Of a DNA stretch of 64,000 nucleotides, positions 30,740-41,600 are shown piece by piece. Position 1 is the first letter of the stretch, and every line of letters begins with the position of its first letter. Where the stretch lies: the NCBI GenBank assembly GCA_965238005.1, contig OZ250165.1:3840001-3904000 (forward strand), given 5' to 3'. The notes under the pieces were generated by a model. The model was not told where the DNA came from, did not search any database, and saw nothing but the letters and a program-made list of their open reading frames with translations. Source of the DNA: Longimicrobiales bacterium (GTDB taxonomy: Bacteria > Gemmatimonadota > Gemmatimonadetes > Longimicrobiales > Gaopeijiaceae). The translations under genes and the position numbers were made by a program.

Positions 30740-30773
30740 AAAAAAAACCCCGACCTCCTCAGGGAAGCCGGGG
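30740..30773 (-). terminator. Intrinsic terminator (attenuator) upstream of cysG
   Basis: Minus strand CCCCGGCTTCC-CTGA-GGAGGTCGGGG-T8, ending 35 nt before the cysG ATG. Confidence 0.85.
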
Positions 30774-30795
30774 CTCGGGAGTCTCGCCGCGTCCG

Positions 30796-30879
30796 CTAGG
30801 GGCAGCCGGCTCCGGACCCGCCCTCCCGGGCCAGAGTCATGCGACAACAGCAACAAGCACAGTGATCAAAGCGGCTCAT
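30796..30879 (-). CDS. Cys-rich leader peptide MSRFDHCACCCCRMTLAREGGSGAGCP
   Basis: 27-aa ORF with upstream AGGGAG; five Cys in codons 7-12; directly precedes the terminator. Confidence 0.8.
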   Translation of the reverse strand: MSRFDHCACCCCRMTLAREGGSGAGCP

Positions 30880-30937
30880 GTTCCAGGTGTCTCCCTGAGC
30901 GGTCGTGCGCCGATGCGTTCTGAATTCCAGGCTATAT

Positions 30938-30967
30938 AGATTAAGAGGACACTCCCGGCCGAGTCAA
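30938..30967 (-). promoter_or_regulatory. Candidate sigma-70 promoter of the cys leader
   Basis: TTGACT-N18-TAATCT in an AT-rich patch. Confidence 0.45.
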
Positions 30968-31101
30968 CGCCGCCGGCGGTAGTGGTACCCCGCCGGCGCA
31001 CACCGCCTGAGGACAGGACGGACGGATCCCCAACCCGACATCAGTGGCGCGTCGCTCCGTTTAGTTCGAGAGATACCGCTTGGCTTCTTGGAGACCGGCG
31101 T

Positions 31102-31158
31102 GACCGGAGTCGGGAGATCGGGCTGCGGCTCGCCATCGGAGCCGATGGGCGGCGAGTG
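31102..31158 (+). pseudogene. Short remnant of an FtsX/ADOP permease
   Basis: DRSREIGLRLAIGADGRRV matches the REIGIRxAxGA signature, with no flanking homology. Confidence 0.5.
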
Positions 31159-31467
31159 CCCGGGGGACGGCGTGTTCTGTCAACGTGACACCCGGGTCCG
31201 TTTCCTGGGACAGTCTCCCCGGCCGACCCTTCCCAACGGACTCCCTCCCGGCCCTCGAGATCGGCCCGTCACAACGACCCTTCGCATCCTGTAACTTATT
31301 GTTGTCTAATACGTAAGGGTGTAACACACGCTCCGGATGGCTCGGAACGTGGGTGAGAAAGCGGAGTTTGGCCCGCTTCCTGCATTTATGCAGTCCGACC
31401 GCCCGAGGCGGCGGTCTCAATCGTGGAAAGGGTCGAAACGACCTGGGAAGAGGTGGTGGAGAAGAAA

Positions 31468-31581
31468 ATGTTTACTGAAGTGACACGTATGACGCGAGCC
31501 ATGAAGGCGGTCCGCATGGGACTGATCGTTACGTCCTGGGCGTTCGTGGTCCTGGGCTTCATGCTGATGTACAACGCATGA
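31468..31581 (+). CDS. Candidate 37-aa single-TM small protein
   Basis: MFTEVTRMTRAMKAVRMGLIVTSWAFVVLGFMLMYNA; GGAG upstream; basic N-terminus plus hydrophobic C-terminus. Confidence 0.4.
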   Translation: MFTEVTRMTRAMKAVRMGLIVTSWAFVVLGFMLMYNA

Positions 31582-31816
31582 CCACTCGGGTGTCCGCCTG
31601 ACGGACGCCCTTACACTCTGCCAATATGGCAGACGACACGGCTGGATGGCAGGGATGGGTCCCGCCGAGGTGGCAGGAGAGGCTCCGTAGCCGAATGGCT
31701 GCGGGGCCTCTTGGGTTTTGGGTTGTGATCCATGCTCCGAGCCCCCACGTTGGTCGACCCTGCTGGACCTGCGACTGCGATGCCTGCAGCCGTGCAAAGG
31801 AGAAGACATACACGCC

Positions 31817-33031
31817 GTGATCTCGGATCCCCTCGCGGTCTTCCTGGTCCTTGCCGTCATCGTCCTCGTGGCGCTGAGCCTCGAGGTACGCTTCCCGCTC
31901 TTCCGGGCCCTCGGGGCCGCCCTGGTGGGGATCCTCATGGGCATGCTGCTGTCCAATACCGGCGTGCTCCCGGGGGAGTCGGCCGCGTACGAGCTCCTCA
32001 TGGGTCCCGGGGTGAGCATGGGCGTCGTGCTCATTCTGCTGAGCGTGGACATGGGCTCCCTCCGCCAGGCGGGCCCCAAGATGCTCGGCGCGTTCGGAAT
32101 CGGAGCGCTGGGCACGGCGATCGGCGCGCTGGTCGGCGGGCTCGCACTGGCGGGCATGATCGGTCCCGACACCTGGAAACTCACGGGACAGTTCACGGGG
32201 ACGTACACCGGCGGCGGCCTCAACTTCGCGGCTCTGGCACAGGCGTTCGACACCCCTAGCGATCTCTTCACGGCGGCGGTGGCAGCCGACGTCATCGTTA
32301 CGGCCGTATGGATGATGATATGCCTGGTGGTGCCGCTGCTGTTCTCCAGGGGCGCAGCCAGGTCTCAGGCGACGGCCGGGGCGGATGACTCGGCCGAGGG
32401 CGGCGCGGACGGCTCCATGACCGAGAGCGAATCGGGTGCCTCCTCGGCGTCGGGCGACGCCGCCGGATCGCCCTCGCTCGCGCACTCTCTCTACAACTCT
32501 GGCAAACCGGTGCCCATCGCCGACACCGCCGCCCTCGTCGTCATCGCCGTGGGTGGGGTGTGGCTGGCCGGAGTCATCGCGGACCGGGTTCCGGTCCTGC
32601 CGGAAATCCTTTGGCTCACCACGCTGGCTTTGATCGTCGCTCAGATCCCCGCCGTGAAGTCCCTGTCGGGGGGTGCCATGTGGGGTAACTACCTGATCCT
32701 TCTCTTCCTGGCGAGCAATGGCGCGCAGTCGGTGGTGGCCAACATCGTGGAGGTCGGTCCGGCCGTCTTCTACTTCGCCCTCATAACGGTGTCGATCCAC
32801 GGGCTCGTCATCTTCGGACTCGGAAGGGCCGCCGGCATCGACGCCCCCACGCTCGCGGTGGCCTCCCAGGCGAACGTCGGGGGCCCCGCGTCGGCCATGG
32901 CCCTCGCCAGCGCGAGAGGATACACGGATCGCCTGCTCTCGGGAGTCGCGGTGGGCCTGCTCGGATACGCGGCAGGCAACTACGCGGGCTTCGCGGTGGC
33001 AGCGCTGGCGAGGGTGCTCCTCGGCGTCTAG
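31817..33031 (+). CDS. DUF819 family membrane protein
   Basis: GTYTGGGLNF, ASQANVGGPASA, GLLGYAAGNY. Confidence 0.85.
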   Translation: MISDPLAVFLVLAVIVLVALSLEVRFPLFRALGAALVGILMGMLLSNTGVLPGESAAYELLMGPGVSMGVVLILLSVDMGSLRQAGPKMLGAFGIGALGTAIGALVGGLALAGMIGPDTWKLTGQFTGTYTGGGLNFAALAQAFDTPSDLFTAAVAADVIVTAVWMMICLVVPLLFSRGAARSQATAGADDSAEGGADGSMTESESGASSASGDAAGSPSLAHSLYNSGKPVPIADTAALVVIAVGGVWLAGVIADRVPVLPEILWLTTLALIVAQIPAVKSLSGGAMWGNYLILLFLASNGAQSVVANIVEVGPAVFYFALITVSIHGLVIFGLGRAAGIDAPTLAVASQANVGGPASAMALASARGYTDRLLSGVAVGLLGYAAGNYAGFAVAALARVLLGV

Positions 33032-33044
33032 TCCCGCCGGAGCC

Positions 33045-34076
33045 CTAGTAGAGCGTTTCGGTGTCCAGCACGTTCAGGAGCGGCTCACCCGCCAGATATC
33101 GTCTGAGGTTCTCGCAGAACAGATCGGTGATCCTGCCGTTCTCGCGATCGCTGGTGCTGGCCGAGTGTGGGCTCACGATAACGTTGGGCGTATCCCAGAG
33201 CGGGGAGTGGGTGGGGAGGGGCTCCTCCGCGAAGACGTCGAGCGCCGCCCCCACCAGATGTCCCGCCCCCAGGGCATCGATGAGCGCAGCCTCGTGGAGG
33301 AGTGCGCCGCGGGACACGTTGACCACCACGGCGCCCGGGGCCAGTAGACCCAGCTCAATCTCGCCAATCAGCCCTTCGGTCACGGGCGTGTGGGGCGCTG
33401 CCAACACCATGTGCTCCGCTCCCTCTAGGGCCGTATGTAGATCCTCGAACCCGAACAGGGCGTCCAAGCCCAGTTCGTCGGGATCGATTCCGGTGACGGT
33501 CCGTTTGACGCCGACGGTCCGCATGCCGAAAGCGCGGCCTATCCTGGCCACCGCCGTACCGATGGATCCCATGCCAACGACCACGAGGCTGCGGCCTTCC
33601 AGGTCGGTGCCGGCGTAGCGCTCCCAGCGGTGCCTGACCTGGTCGTCGAGGGTCACGAGAAGACGCTTCCGGAACGCCAGCATGGCCATGAGGCTGAACT
33701 CCGCCAGCGGGATCGCGTGGACGCCGCTCGCGGTGGTGAAGACCGTGTCCGGCATGCGCTCCGCGTAGCCCCGGCGATGGACGAGCTGCCCGATGCCGGC
33801 GCTCGTGGCCTGGATCCAACGCACACCCGGAGCGCACTCGGGCAGATCCTCGAAGTGCGTGCGATCGAAATCGAAGAGCACCTCGGCGCTCGCCAGATGC
33901 GAGAGCCAGGTCTCCTCGTCCGCCTCGGACCGCTGGAACGGCGCGCCCGTGTGGTCGGCAGCGTACCGGGGACTGGCGACGAGAGCGGGCTCATAGACCA
34001 CCTCGATCCGGGGGTCCACTTCCCGGATGCGCTCTACGTGATGAGGCTCGAGGTAGCTGGCGATGACGAGGCGCAT
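33045..34076 (-). CDS. D-2-hydroxyacid dehydrogenase
   Basis: GMGSIG, NVSRG, ALDVF..EPL, SPH. Confidence 0.92.
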   Translation of the reverse strand: MRLVIASYLEPHHVERIREVDPRIEVVYEPALVASPRYAADHTGAPFQRSEADEETWLSHLASAEVLFDFDRTHFEDLPECAPGVRWIQATSAGIGQLVHRRGYAERMPDTVFTTASGVHAIPLAEFSLMAMLAFRKRLLVTLDDQVRHRWERYAGTDLEGRSLVVVGMGSIGTAVARIGRAFGMRTVGVKRTVTGIDPDELGLDALFGFEDLHTALEGAEHMVLAAPHTPVTEGLIGEIELGLLAPGAVVVNVSRGALLHEAALIDALGAGHLVGAALDVFAEEPLPTHSPLWDTPNVIVSPHSASTSDRENGRITDLFCENLRRYLAGEPLLNVLDTETLY

Positions 34077-34105
34077 GGAATCTCCCGAAAGGTGGCCGCC
34101 GGGAA

Positions 34106-34918
34106 CTATGTAGTCTCGCCCGACATGAGTCGCGCAAGGGCGTCCACCGTGAGGTTGTCCCGGCTTCCCTTCGCGATCACGCGGCCACGGCGGAGCACCA
34201 CGAACCGATCTCCGATGGGGTGCGCGTGTTGAGGGTTATGGGTGACAAGGATCACGGCGACGCCGCGCTCGGCGGCGCGTCGGACTTTGTCGAGCACCAG
34301 ATCGGACTGGCGGATCCCCAGCGCCGCCGTGGGCTCGTCGAGGAGCAGGACCCGCGCCCCGAAGTGGAGCGCCCGGGCGATGGCCACGGCCTGCCGCTCT
34401 CCGCCCGAGAGGCTCCCTACCGGCTGGTCCGCATCCCTCAGCTCGATGCCCATTGCACTCAGCTCGCTCACAGCTTCCCTTCGGCATCTTTGCACGTCGA
34501 TACGACGCAGCGGCCCCCAGCCCAGGACTGGCTCGGAGCCGAGATAGAAATTTCGCCACACGCTCATCAGCGGAATCACCGCGAGATCCTGATAGACGGT
34601 GGCGATGCCCGCGGCCAGGGCCTCGCGTGGAGAGGACAACCGGACGGGCTCTCCGTCAACGAGGTAGGCGCCCGTCGTCGGGGTGTGCACGCCCGCGAGC
34701 ACCTTGATGACGGTGGATTTTCCCGCGCCGTTGTCACCGAGCAGACAGGTTACTTCTCCGGAACGCGCGGCGAACGACGCCTCCTCGAGGGCCACTACGC
34801 GGCCGAAGCGTTTCGCTATTCCCCTGACCTCGAGGATCGGAGCATCCGGATCGGTCCCGCCCTCGCCGCCCCGGGTCTCCAGCCCGGAGCTGCCCTGAGG
34901 CACCACGTCGTCGCTCAT
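34106..34918 (-). CDS. Sugar ABC transporter ATP-binding protein
   Basis: [26 protein letters not shown]. Confidence 0.93.
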   Translation of the reverse strand: MSDDVVPQGSSGLETRGGEGGTDPDAPILEVRGIAKRFGRVVALEEASFAARSGEVTCLLGDNGAGKSTVIKVLAGVHTPTTGAYLVDGEPVRLSSPREALAAGIATVYQDLAVIPLMSVWRNFYLGSEPVLGWGPLRRIDVQRCRREAVSELSAMGIELRDADQPVGSLSGGERQAVAIARALHFGARVLLLDEPTAALGIRQSDLVLDKVRRAAERGVAVILVTHNPQHAHPIGDRFVVLRRGRVIAKGSRDNLTVDALARLMSGETT

Positions 34919-35886
34919 GCCGCCCTTCGTGCCCGACGCAAAGTGTAGGTGTTCACGACCACGGCCACGAGGAGCATTCCGCCCAGGACGACCTGGAACC
35001 AGTCGGCGTCCACACCCGCCATGACGATGCCCTGGCGGACCATCCCGAAGATGAGGGCGCCGAACGCGGCCCCGATGACGGAGCCGTATCCACCCGTGAG
35101 CAACGTTCCACCGATGACCACGGCGATGATCGCGTAGAACTCCTGGAGCTGTCCCCGAAGGGCATCGGCCCCGGTGAAACGCACGGCCTGGAGGATCGCG
35201 ACCAAACCGGCGCACAGCGCCGTCGTCATGAACAGGCCGATCTTCACCCGGGCGACAGGCACACCGACGTTACGCGCCGCCTCCGCCTTGCCGCCGGCAC
35301 CGAAGATCCAATTCCCGTAGGGAGAGCGCAGCAGAACCCATGTAGCGAGTGCCGCGGCCCCGATCCACCACAGGATCGACACACGGAAGCCGGCCACCGG
35401 ATCGGAACCGAAGAGAATTCGGGCCGACTCGTATCCCGGGACGTCGTCCAGCCGCCCGAGCTGCGTGCGGCGAGTCAGGCCGCGAGCGGAGGCGATGGTG
35501 AGGCCACGCACGATGAACAGGGTGGCCAGCGTCACGATGAAGGAGGGGAGCCCGGTGCGGACGACCGCATACCCGTTCAGGAAGCCGATGAGCAGGCAGA
35601 GCGCCAATGTGGCGGCGATGGCCGGCCACACGGACCACCCAAAGTGGGTGGTGAGAAGCATGATCGACATGCCCGCAGCTCCCACAGTTGACCCAATCGA
35701 TAGATCGAACTCCCCACCGATCATTAAGAGCGCCACCCCGACCGATAGAATCCCGAGGGGGGCCGCAGCATTCAGATACGCCGCGGCTCCGTCGAGACTG
35801 CGGAAGGGCGCGCCCGCCGAAACCGCAAAGAGGACCCAGACGAAAACGACTCCCGTGGCCGCGGCCCACTCGGGCCGCGCCATCAA
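34915..35886 (-). CDS. Sugar ABC transporter permease
   Basis: [32 protein letters not shown]. Confidence 0.93.
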   Translation of the reverse strand: MMARPEWAAATGVVFVWVLFAVSAGAPFRSLDGAAAYLNAAAPLGILSVGVALLMIGGEFDLSIGSTVGAAGMSIMLLTTHFGWSVWPAIAATLALCLLIGFLNGYAVVRTGLPSFIVTLATLFIVRGLTIASARGLTRRTQLGRLDDVPGYESARILFGSDPVAGFRVSILWWIGAAALATWVLLRSPYGNWIFGAGGKAEAARNVGVPVARVKIGLFMTTALCAGLVAILQAVRFTGADALRGQLQEFYAIIAVVIGGTLLTGGYGSVIGAAFGALIFGMVRQGIVMAGVDADWFQVVLGGMLLVAVVVNTYTLRRARRAA

Positions 35887-35891
35887 GCGGC

Positions 35892-36926
35892 TCAGCGGAG
35901 CCCCCGCTCCGAGAGGCTCATGACGCTCTCGGCGGTCTCCGCTGTGACGAAGCTGGGACCGGTGGGAATCGGGCGCCCACCTCCTGGCACAGTCCCGGTC
36001 TCCAGGTACTTGGTGAGCAACACGATGGGAAGGTATCCCTGCAAGTACTGCTGTTGATCGATGGCGAAGAGCATGTCGCCGTCGCGCACCGCATCCAGGA
36101 CCGTCGGGGACAGGTCGAAGGTGCCGAGGGGGAGGGCGCCTGCCCCGCCGATCTCCTCCAGGGCGCGGAGAGCGGGCTCGGCCCCGGTGGTCCCCAGCGT
36201 GAGGATGCCATCGATGGACGGATCCGCGACGAGTGCCCCGCGGATGCGCTGCTGCGTGTCTTCGGGATCGGCAAGGTCGACCGCTAGAACCGAGACGGAG
36301 CCTCCAGCCTCGGCCATCGCATCGATGAGCCCCTGGCAGCGTAGGTCCAGGGAGACGTTCCCCACCTCCTGGTTCACGCAGAGGGCCCTGCGGACACCGG
36401 TCGCCACGAGGCGCTCGCCGCCCTGATAGCCACCGTCGTACTCGGCCTGCCCGACGTGCGTGAGCACTCCGAGGGCCTGGTAGGAGTGATCCCCCGAGTT
36501 GATGGAGATCACCGGGATGCCCGCGGCCACCGCCGCACGTATGGACGGGCCAAGAGCGTCTTCGTCAGGGATGGACACCACGAGGCCGTCAGGCCGCGAG
36601 GCCACGGCCGCATCGATGAGCTGGCTCATGGCAACCATGTCGAACGTGACGACCGCCTGATAGTCGACATGAACGCCCAACTCCTCGGCAGCGTCCCCTA
36701 CCCCATTGGTGACCACGGACCAGAACGGGTTCGCGGCCACGCCGTGCGTCACGACCACGAATCGGAGATCGGCCCGATCAGGTCGGGCGGGGTCGACATC
36801 TGCCCGTGAGCGATCGGCATCACCGCCGGATCGGGTGCAGCCGATGACGAGTACGCAGAGCGTCAGGATCGAGCAGCCGAGCCGCCCCGTTCGGGGTCGG
36901 TCTCGACCCTCGAGGGTGCTTTTCAT
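35892..36926 (-). CDS. Sugar ABC substrate-binding lipoprotein (possibly inositol-type)
   Basis: Lipobox [33 protein letters not shown]. Confidence 0.88.
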   Translation of the reverse strand: MKSTLEGRDRPRTGRLGCSILTLCVLVIGCTRSGGDADRSRADVDPARPDRADLRFVVVTHGVAANPFWSVVTNGVGDAAEELGVHVDYQAVVTFDMVAMSQLIDAAVASRPDGLVVSIPDEDALGPSIRAAVAAGIPVISINSGDHSYQALGVLTHVGQAEYDGGYQGGERLVATGVRRALCVNQEVGNVSLDLRCQGLIDAMAEAGGSVSVLAVDLADPEDTQQRIRGALVADPSIDGILTLGTTGAEPALRALEEIGGAGALPLGTFDLSPTVLDAVRDGDMLFAIDQQQYLQGYLPIVLLTKYLETGTVPGGGRPIPTGPSFVTAETAESVMSLSERGLR

Positions 36927-37055
36927 GGGCTGAAGAATGCGCGCTCACGGTCTGGAGACCAAGTCCCGTGAGGCCTCGTCCCGGGGGCTCCTGGTACAGG
37001 CGCCCGGTACCGGACCCGGAGGCGAGGGGCGCCGGGCGGACTGGACGGCCGGGTG

Positions 37056-37409
37056 TCAGGCCGGCAGACCGCCCCCTGCGAGTCGATCCGTCTTGGCCGC
37101 CGCGATGAAGTCGTTCTGGTGGAGACCGCCTATCTTGTGCGTCCACCAAGTGATCCTCACGATCCCCCATTCGGTCAGCAACGCCGGGTGATGCCCCTCG
37201 GCCTCCGCAAGCTCTCCCACCTTGTTGGTGAACGCGAGGGCCTCGGCGAAGTCGGGAAACGTGAACGTTCTCTCGAGGCGCTGGATCTCTTCCCGCTCGA
37301 CGATGCTCCAGTCGGGGATCTGGACGCGAAGCCTTTGTGTCTCCTCGGCTGTGACTCTAGGAGCATCGCGGCGACACGCTTCACACTTCATCTGAACGAG
37401 CTCACCCAC
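37056..37409 (-). CDS. phhB: Pterin-4a-carbinolamine dehydratase
   Basis: [27 protein letters not shown]. Confidence 0.92.
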   Translation of the reverse strand: MGELVQMKCEACRRDAPRVTAEETQRLRVQIPDWSIVEREEIQRLERTFTFPDFAEALAFTNKVGELAEAEGHHPALLTEWGIVRITWWTHKIGGLHQNDFIAAAKTDRLAGGGLPA

Positions 37410-37635
37410 TTGCTTGCACCTCTGTCTATCTGTTCAACCCCGAAGATATCGTCCTGGTTTCATGGTTTCGAGGGGAAGATCGTCCGGGTTCCTCATGGCG
37501 ACTCGGTCGCGTCGTGCGTCATTGAGCCGGGTCGGGACGAGGATTCTTCGCATCGATTGCAGGACCGTTGCCGGGGGCATACGATGGGATTGGCCGTTGT
37601 GGCACCCCGCTCACCGGATTGGAAGGAGGTGGCTC

Positions 37636-38616
37636 ATGACGCACCAGACGTCCCTTGCAGCTTTGCTTTGCCTTCTGCTTGGCTGCTCGTCCAGCGACGA
37701 CGCTGCGGGCCCCAACGACGATGACTTCGGCGAGGAAGGCTGCACGTCCGGCTGTGGGAGCTGGAGCGATGCCGCGCCCATGCCGACGGCCCGCTGGGGG
37801 GTGGGAGCCGCATCCCTCGGTGGACTTCTCTACGTCGTTGGGGGAAGGCCCCCCCTCGTCGATGACACTGTAGACGCCGGCTTGACTACACTCGAAGTCT
37901 ACGATCCCCTGACGAACAGCTGGTCCCCGGGCGCGGACTTGCCCGAAGGCCTGAACGAACCGGCTGTGGCCGTTCTCGACGGGAAGCTGTTCGTGATCGG
38001 CGGGTGCTGTGGTCCTTCTACCGCGAACTTCCAGTATGACCCGGTGACCGATCAATGGGCAGCGCGAGCCTCGGCACCCCGCGCACGGCACGGGGCAGCG
38101 GCCGGCACCCTCGGCGGGAAGATCTACGTCGTCGGAGGCCAAACGGGCAGCAACGCCGAATCCTGGGTCGATGTGTACGACCCTGCGACAAACGCTTGGA
38201 CCGCCGCGGCCGCCGATCTCATTGTTCCCCGGGCCGACGTATCGGTTGCAGTGGTAGACGGCCTGCTATACGCCATTGGCGGCGCGGTGCCGGAAGGCGG
38301 CGTGCAAGATCTGGAGCGATACGATCCAGACCTCGATCAGTGGTCCCTGCGAGGTAGGATGCAATTCCTCAGAGGCATAGTGGCGGCCGGCGTCATCGAT
38401 GGGCACATCTATGCCGCGGGGCCTGGGGAGGGTGAGGGCGCGGCCACCGCAGTGTACGATCCTTCAGTCGATGTCTGGACCCGCCTAGCCGATCCACCGA
38501 GCTTCCGCACGGGAGCGAAAGGTGCGGCAGCAGACGGCCGGTTGTTCGTGTTTGGCGGAATTGGGTCGGACGAGGAGGTCCTCGACCGGGTCGAGGTATT
38601 CACCCCAGACGGTTGA
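37636..38616 (+). CDS. Kelch-repeat beta-propeller lipoprotein
   Basis: RBS AGGAGG; lipobox LLGC; about six GG..YDP..W repeats. Confidence 0.9.
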   Translation: MTHQTSLAALLCLLLGCSSSDDAAGPNDDDFGEEGCTSGCGSWSDAAPMPTARWGVGAASLGGLLYVVGGRPPLVDDTVDAGLTTLEVYDPLTNSWSPGADLPEGLNEPAVAVLDGKLFVIGGCCGPSTANFQYDPVTDQWAARASAPRARHGAAAGTLGGKIYVVGGQTGSNAESWVDVYDPATNAWTAAAADLIVPRADVSVAVVDGLLYAIGGAVPEGGVQDLERYDPDLDQWSLRGRMQFLRGIVAAGVIDGHIYAAGPGEGEGAATAVYDPSVDVWTRLADPPSFRTGAKGAAADGRLFVFGGIGSDEEVLDRVEVFTPDG

Positions 38617-38660
38617 AGACCCCAGGCTCGCACCCCCTCTCATGAACCGAAGGGCGTGAT

Positions 38661-41600
38661 TCACGCTCCGGAGACCACATCCGTCGCCACCCGCACGAGC
38701 CCCGGATTCTCCCGGCGCTCCTCCTCGAACATGTTCCGGACGCAGACGGCGAAGTGCTGGCCTCCGGGAGCGGTCCCTGTGACCGCGAGTGGGATACGGA
38801 TCTCGTCCCGCCCCTCGAAGTCCACGCTGAATCGCTTCACGAGCCCGCCGCCTCGCATCCAGGAGAGGCAAGCCGGCAGGTCGACGTGGACGAGGTCTCC
38901 GACCCGGTACCCGTCCTCGAGTCCGACCACCAGGTCGACCCGCCGCCCAGGCTGAAGGAGGCTCGGTCGCCGATCTCCGTTCTCCCGGAGACCCACCCGG
39001 ACCTCGAATCCAGCTCCGTACTCCTCCCAATCCTCCTCCCGAATGGCCAGCGCCTGCACGGCGACGGTGCCTTCGATGGACTCGACCGACTCCACACGAT
39101 CTCCGAGCTCGATCGCTTCGCTGAGGTCCATCTCCTCACCGTTCACCCGCACGCGCGCCTTGCTTGAGATCACGGACCGGATGCGCAGCTGGATCAGAAG
39201 GGCGATGGCCCCCACGGAGTCGACCGTCGAATAGAGGGCCCCGTTCTCCCCGAACTCTCCCACGACGACGTTGGCAGCCCTCAGGCCTCGGGCCACATCC
39301 CCGGCTGCGAGGAGACCCGCGGCGACGTATGCGAGCCCTGCGCGACTCGCCACCGCGTGCCCACCATTCCGGAGGCGCACCTCGTTCCCAGAGAAATCCA
39401 CGAAACGGTCGATGACGGTGAGCGCGTCTGAGCGATTTCCGCCGCCTACCAGAGTAGCGTAGGCGTCGTCCAGGGTAGCCGGCTTCGACGGGATCTTCTC
39501 GATACCGTGGAACGCGCCGGCGTCGTCTGCCATCTCGCTGCCTCTCTTCACCGCGTCCCTGAGACCCGGCGAAAGGTCCGGGATCTCCGCGAGGCGATCG
39601 AGCTTCCAGAGGTACCGGGCCGCGAGTTGGCTGTAGTGATCGCTCACGTGGCCGGACTCGGGGTACATGAGGAACCCTGCTCCCGGCCGGAACATGCTCT
39701 CTTCCCGGGCGATCCCCTTGCGGATGATCCTCTCGGCCTTGGACCTCCGCCCGTCGTCTCCGGGGGAGAGATACATCGCTACTGCCGACAGGATCTTGGC
39801 GGCTGTCTGCTCGCAGCAAAGGTGAGTATATGTGGCGGTGGTCTCGACCAGGAGGTCGAACGGCCCGTCCAGCCCGGGGAGGACCCGCAAGCTCACTGCG
39901 CCTGCGTCCTCCAGGGTGATGGACTTGCCCTCCGAGAGGAGAACGAGCTCCCGAGCGTGCGACCGGAGGCGGCCGGGCTCGGAAACCACGGCTTCCATCG
40001 AGTCGATCTCGCCCGACTCCGGATCCTCGACGCGCACCTCGTATGCCCCAGGAGCGACAGCGAACGTCAGGGCGGCCGGAGCCGAGATCTCTCCCTGCAC
40101 CGTGGCGCCGTCGGCCGATCGAAGCTCGACGGAGTCCCCGTCACGAGTGAGGCTCACGAGCGCTCGCCCCGACGCCGTCGTCACACGGAGCCGGCCGGTG
40201 ACGTCGTCGCCTGCGCGCACCATGGGTGGAATCTCCAGGTCTGCGCGCACGGGCAGGTCGATGACCAGATCACGGACGACGGCCCGCCAATCACCGGCAT
40301 CGTAGGCAAAGGCCTCGATCAGGAACGTACCCGTTCCGTCGCCCGTCCACACGGGGACCTCTGCGCGGCCCTCGACCTCGACCAGGCCGACGAAGAGAAC
40401 CGGCGGGAACTCGGCACGGGGCGGAGGGGCTGCCGCGTCCAGCGGGCTCCCCGCGTCCACCGGGATTCCCACGTCTTCCGTGCCCACCACCTCGAAGGCT
40501 TCGGCGGCCACTTCCCCGAGGAGCTCGGCCATCCCCCCCGCGGTCGCCCCTGCCTCGGCCACGTAGACCTCGGAGGGCTCGGCCATCCCCAGGTCGAGGA
40601 GGACATCCTCCATCGCAAGCCTTGGAATCCCGAATGCAACGGTCGAGGGAAAGAGCTGCTCATGGAGATCCAGCGGTTCGATCCCCCACTCCGCCATCCC
40701 CTCCGTGGCGGACTCGACCCCCCGCTTCAGAGAAGCCGCGAGGCCCGACGACGGCGTGTCGGTCCGTGTCAGGCGGCGGTCGCGCACCGTGAGCAGCACC
40801 GGAACGGCTCGCTCCGCATTCGTCTCGATCTCGAGCGTCACTTCCTCTCTGGGCCGGACCGTCTCGGGCGCCGACACCTCGACCTCCAGACGGCTCGGCC
40901 GCATAAAGGTCGTGAAGCCTTCGAAGGGCTTCCCGCCGACGATGCCTGCCGCCACGACCAGCGTAAGGCCGGAGGGGTTGTCGAGAGGAATCGAATCACC
41001 GGCGACGGCGTCCCCGTGCTCGATCACGTGAGCCACGCCCCCGACGAGGTCGAACACAAGGAGATGGAGCTGAGAGGTATCCGCATGGACCTCGATCGCG
41101 GGCTCCTCGGTGAGAACCGACTCGACGGTGAGCGGAGTGGTGAGCCGATCTCCCTCGGTGAGGTGGCCGCCCCGCATGGGCATGGAAGAGGGCTCGGGAA
41201 GCAGAGAGAACATGAACTCCAGCCCGAGCTCGTTGAGCACCGTGAGCTCACGCTCGGCCTGGCGGGTCCCCGGGATGGACACGGTGGCGATCCGACCGGG
41301 ATCCGTCTCGACCCGGGCTTCGAGGCGGAAGGGCCCTTCGCCCTCCATCTTGAGGACACCTCGGTACCGACCTGGCGCTTCCGGACGCAGCACGGCCGAA
41401 TCGACCGGACGATCGTCATCGAGCAGTGAGACCTGCAGACTCTCACCGCAGGGCTGCTGCCAGCTCTCCACCGAGAGTGCGAAGGAGAGCTGCCCGGCTT
41501 CACGGTCGGCCGCATGCTCGAGCAGTCGGGCGCTCAGGGGGGCGAGTGAGAAGTCGGCCACCGTAAACTCCGCGCGAGCCCCAAGGCGGGCTCCGGCGAC

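Noticed and set aside
30796..30879. Metallothionein or RiPP precursor interpretation of the Cys-rich peptide
   Set aside because: No modifying enzymes nearby; its position between promoter and terminator upstream of a cysteine-pathway operon fits a leader peptide better.
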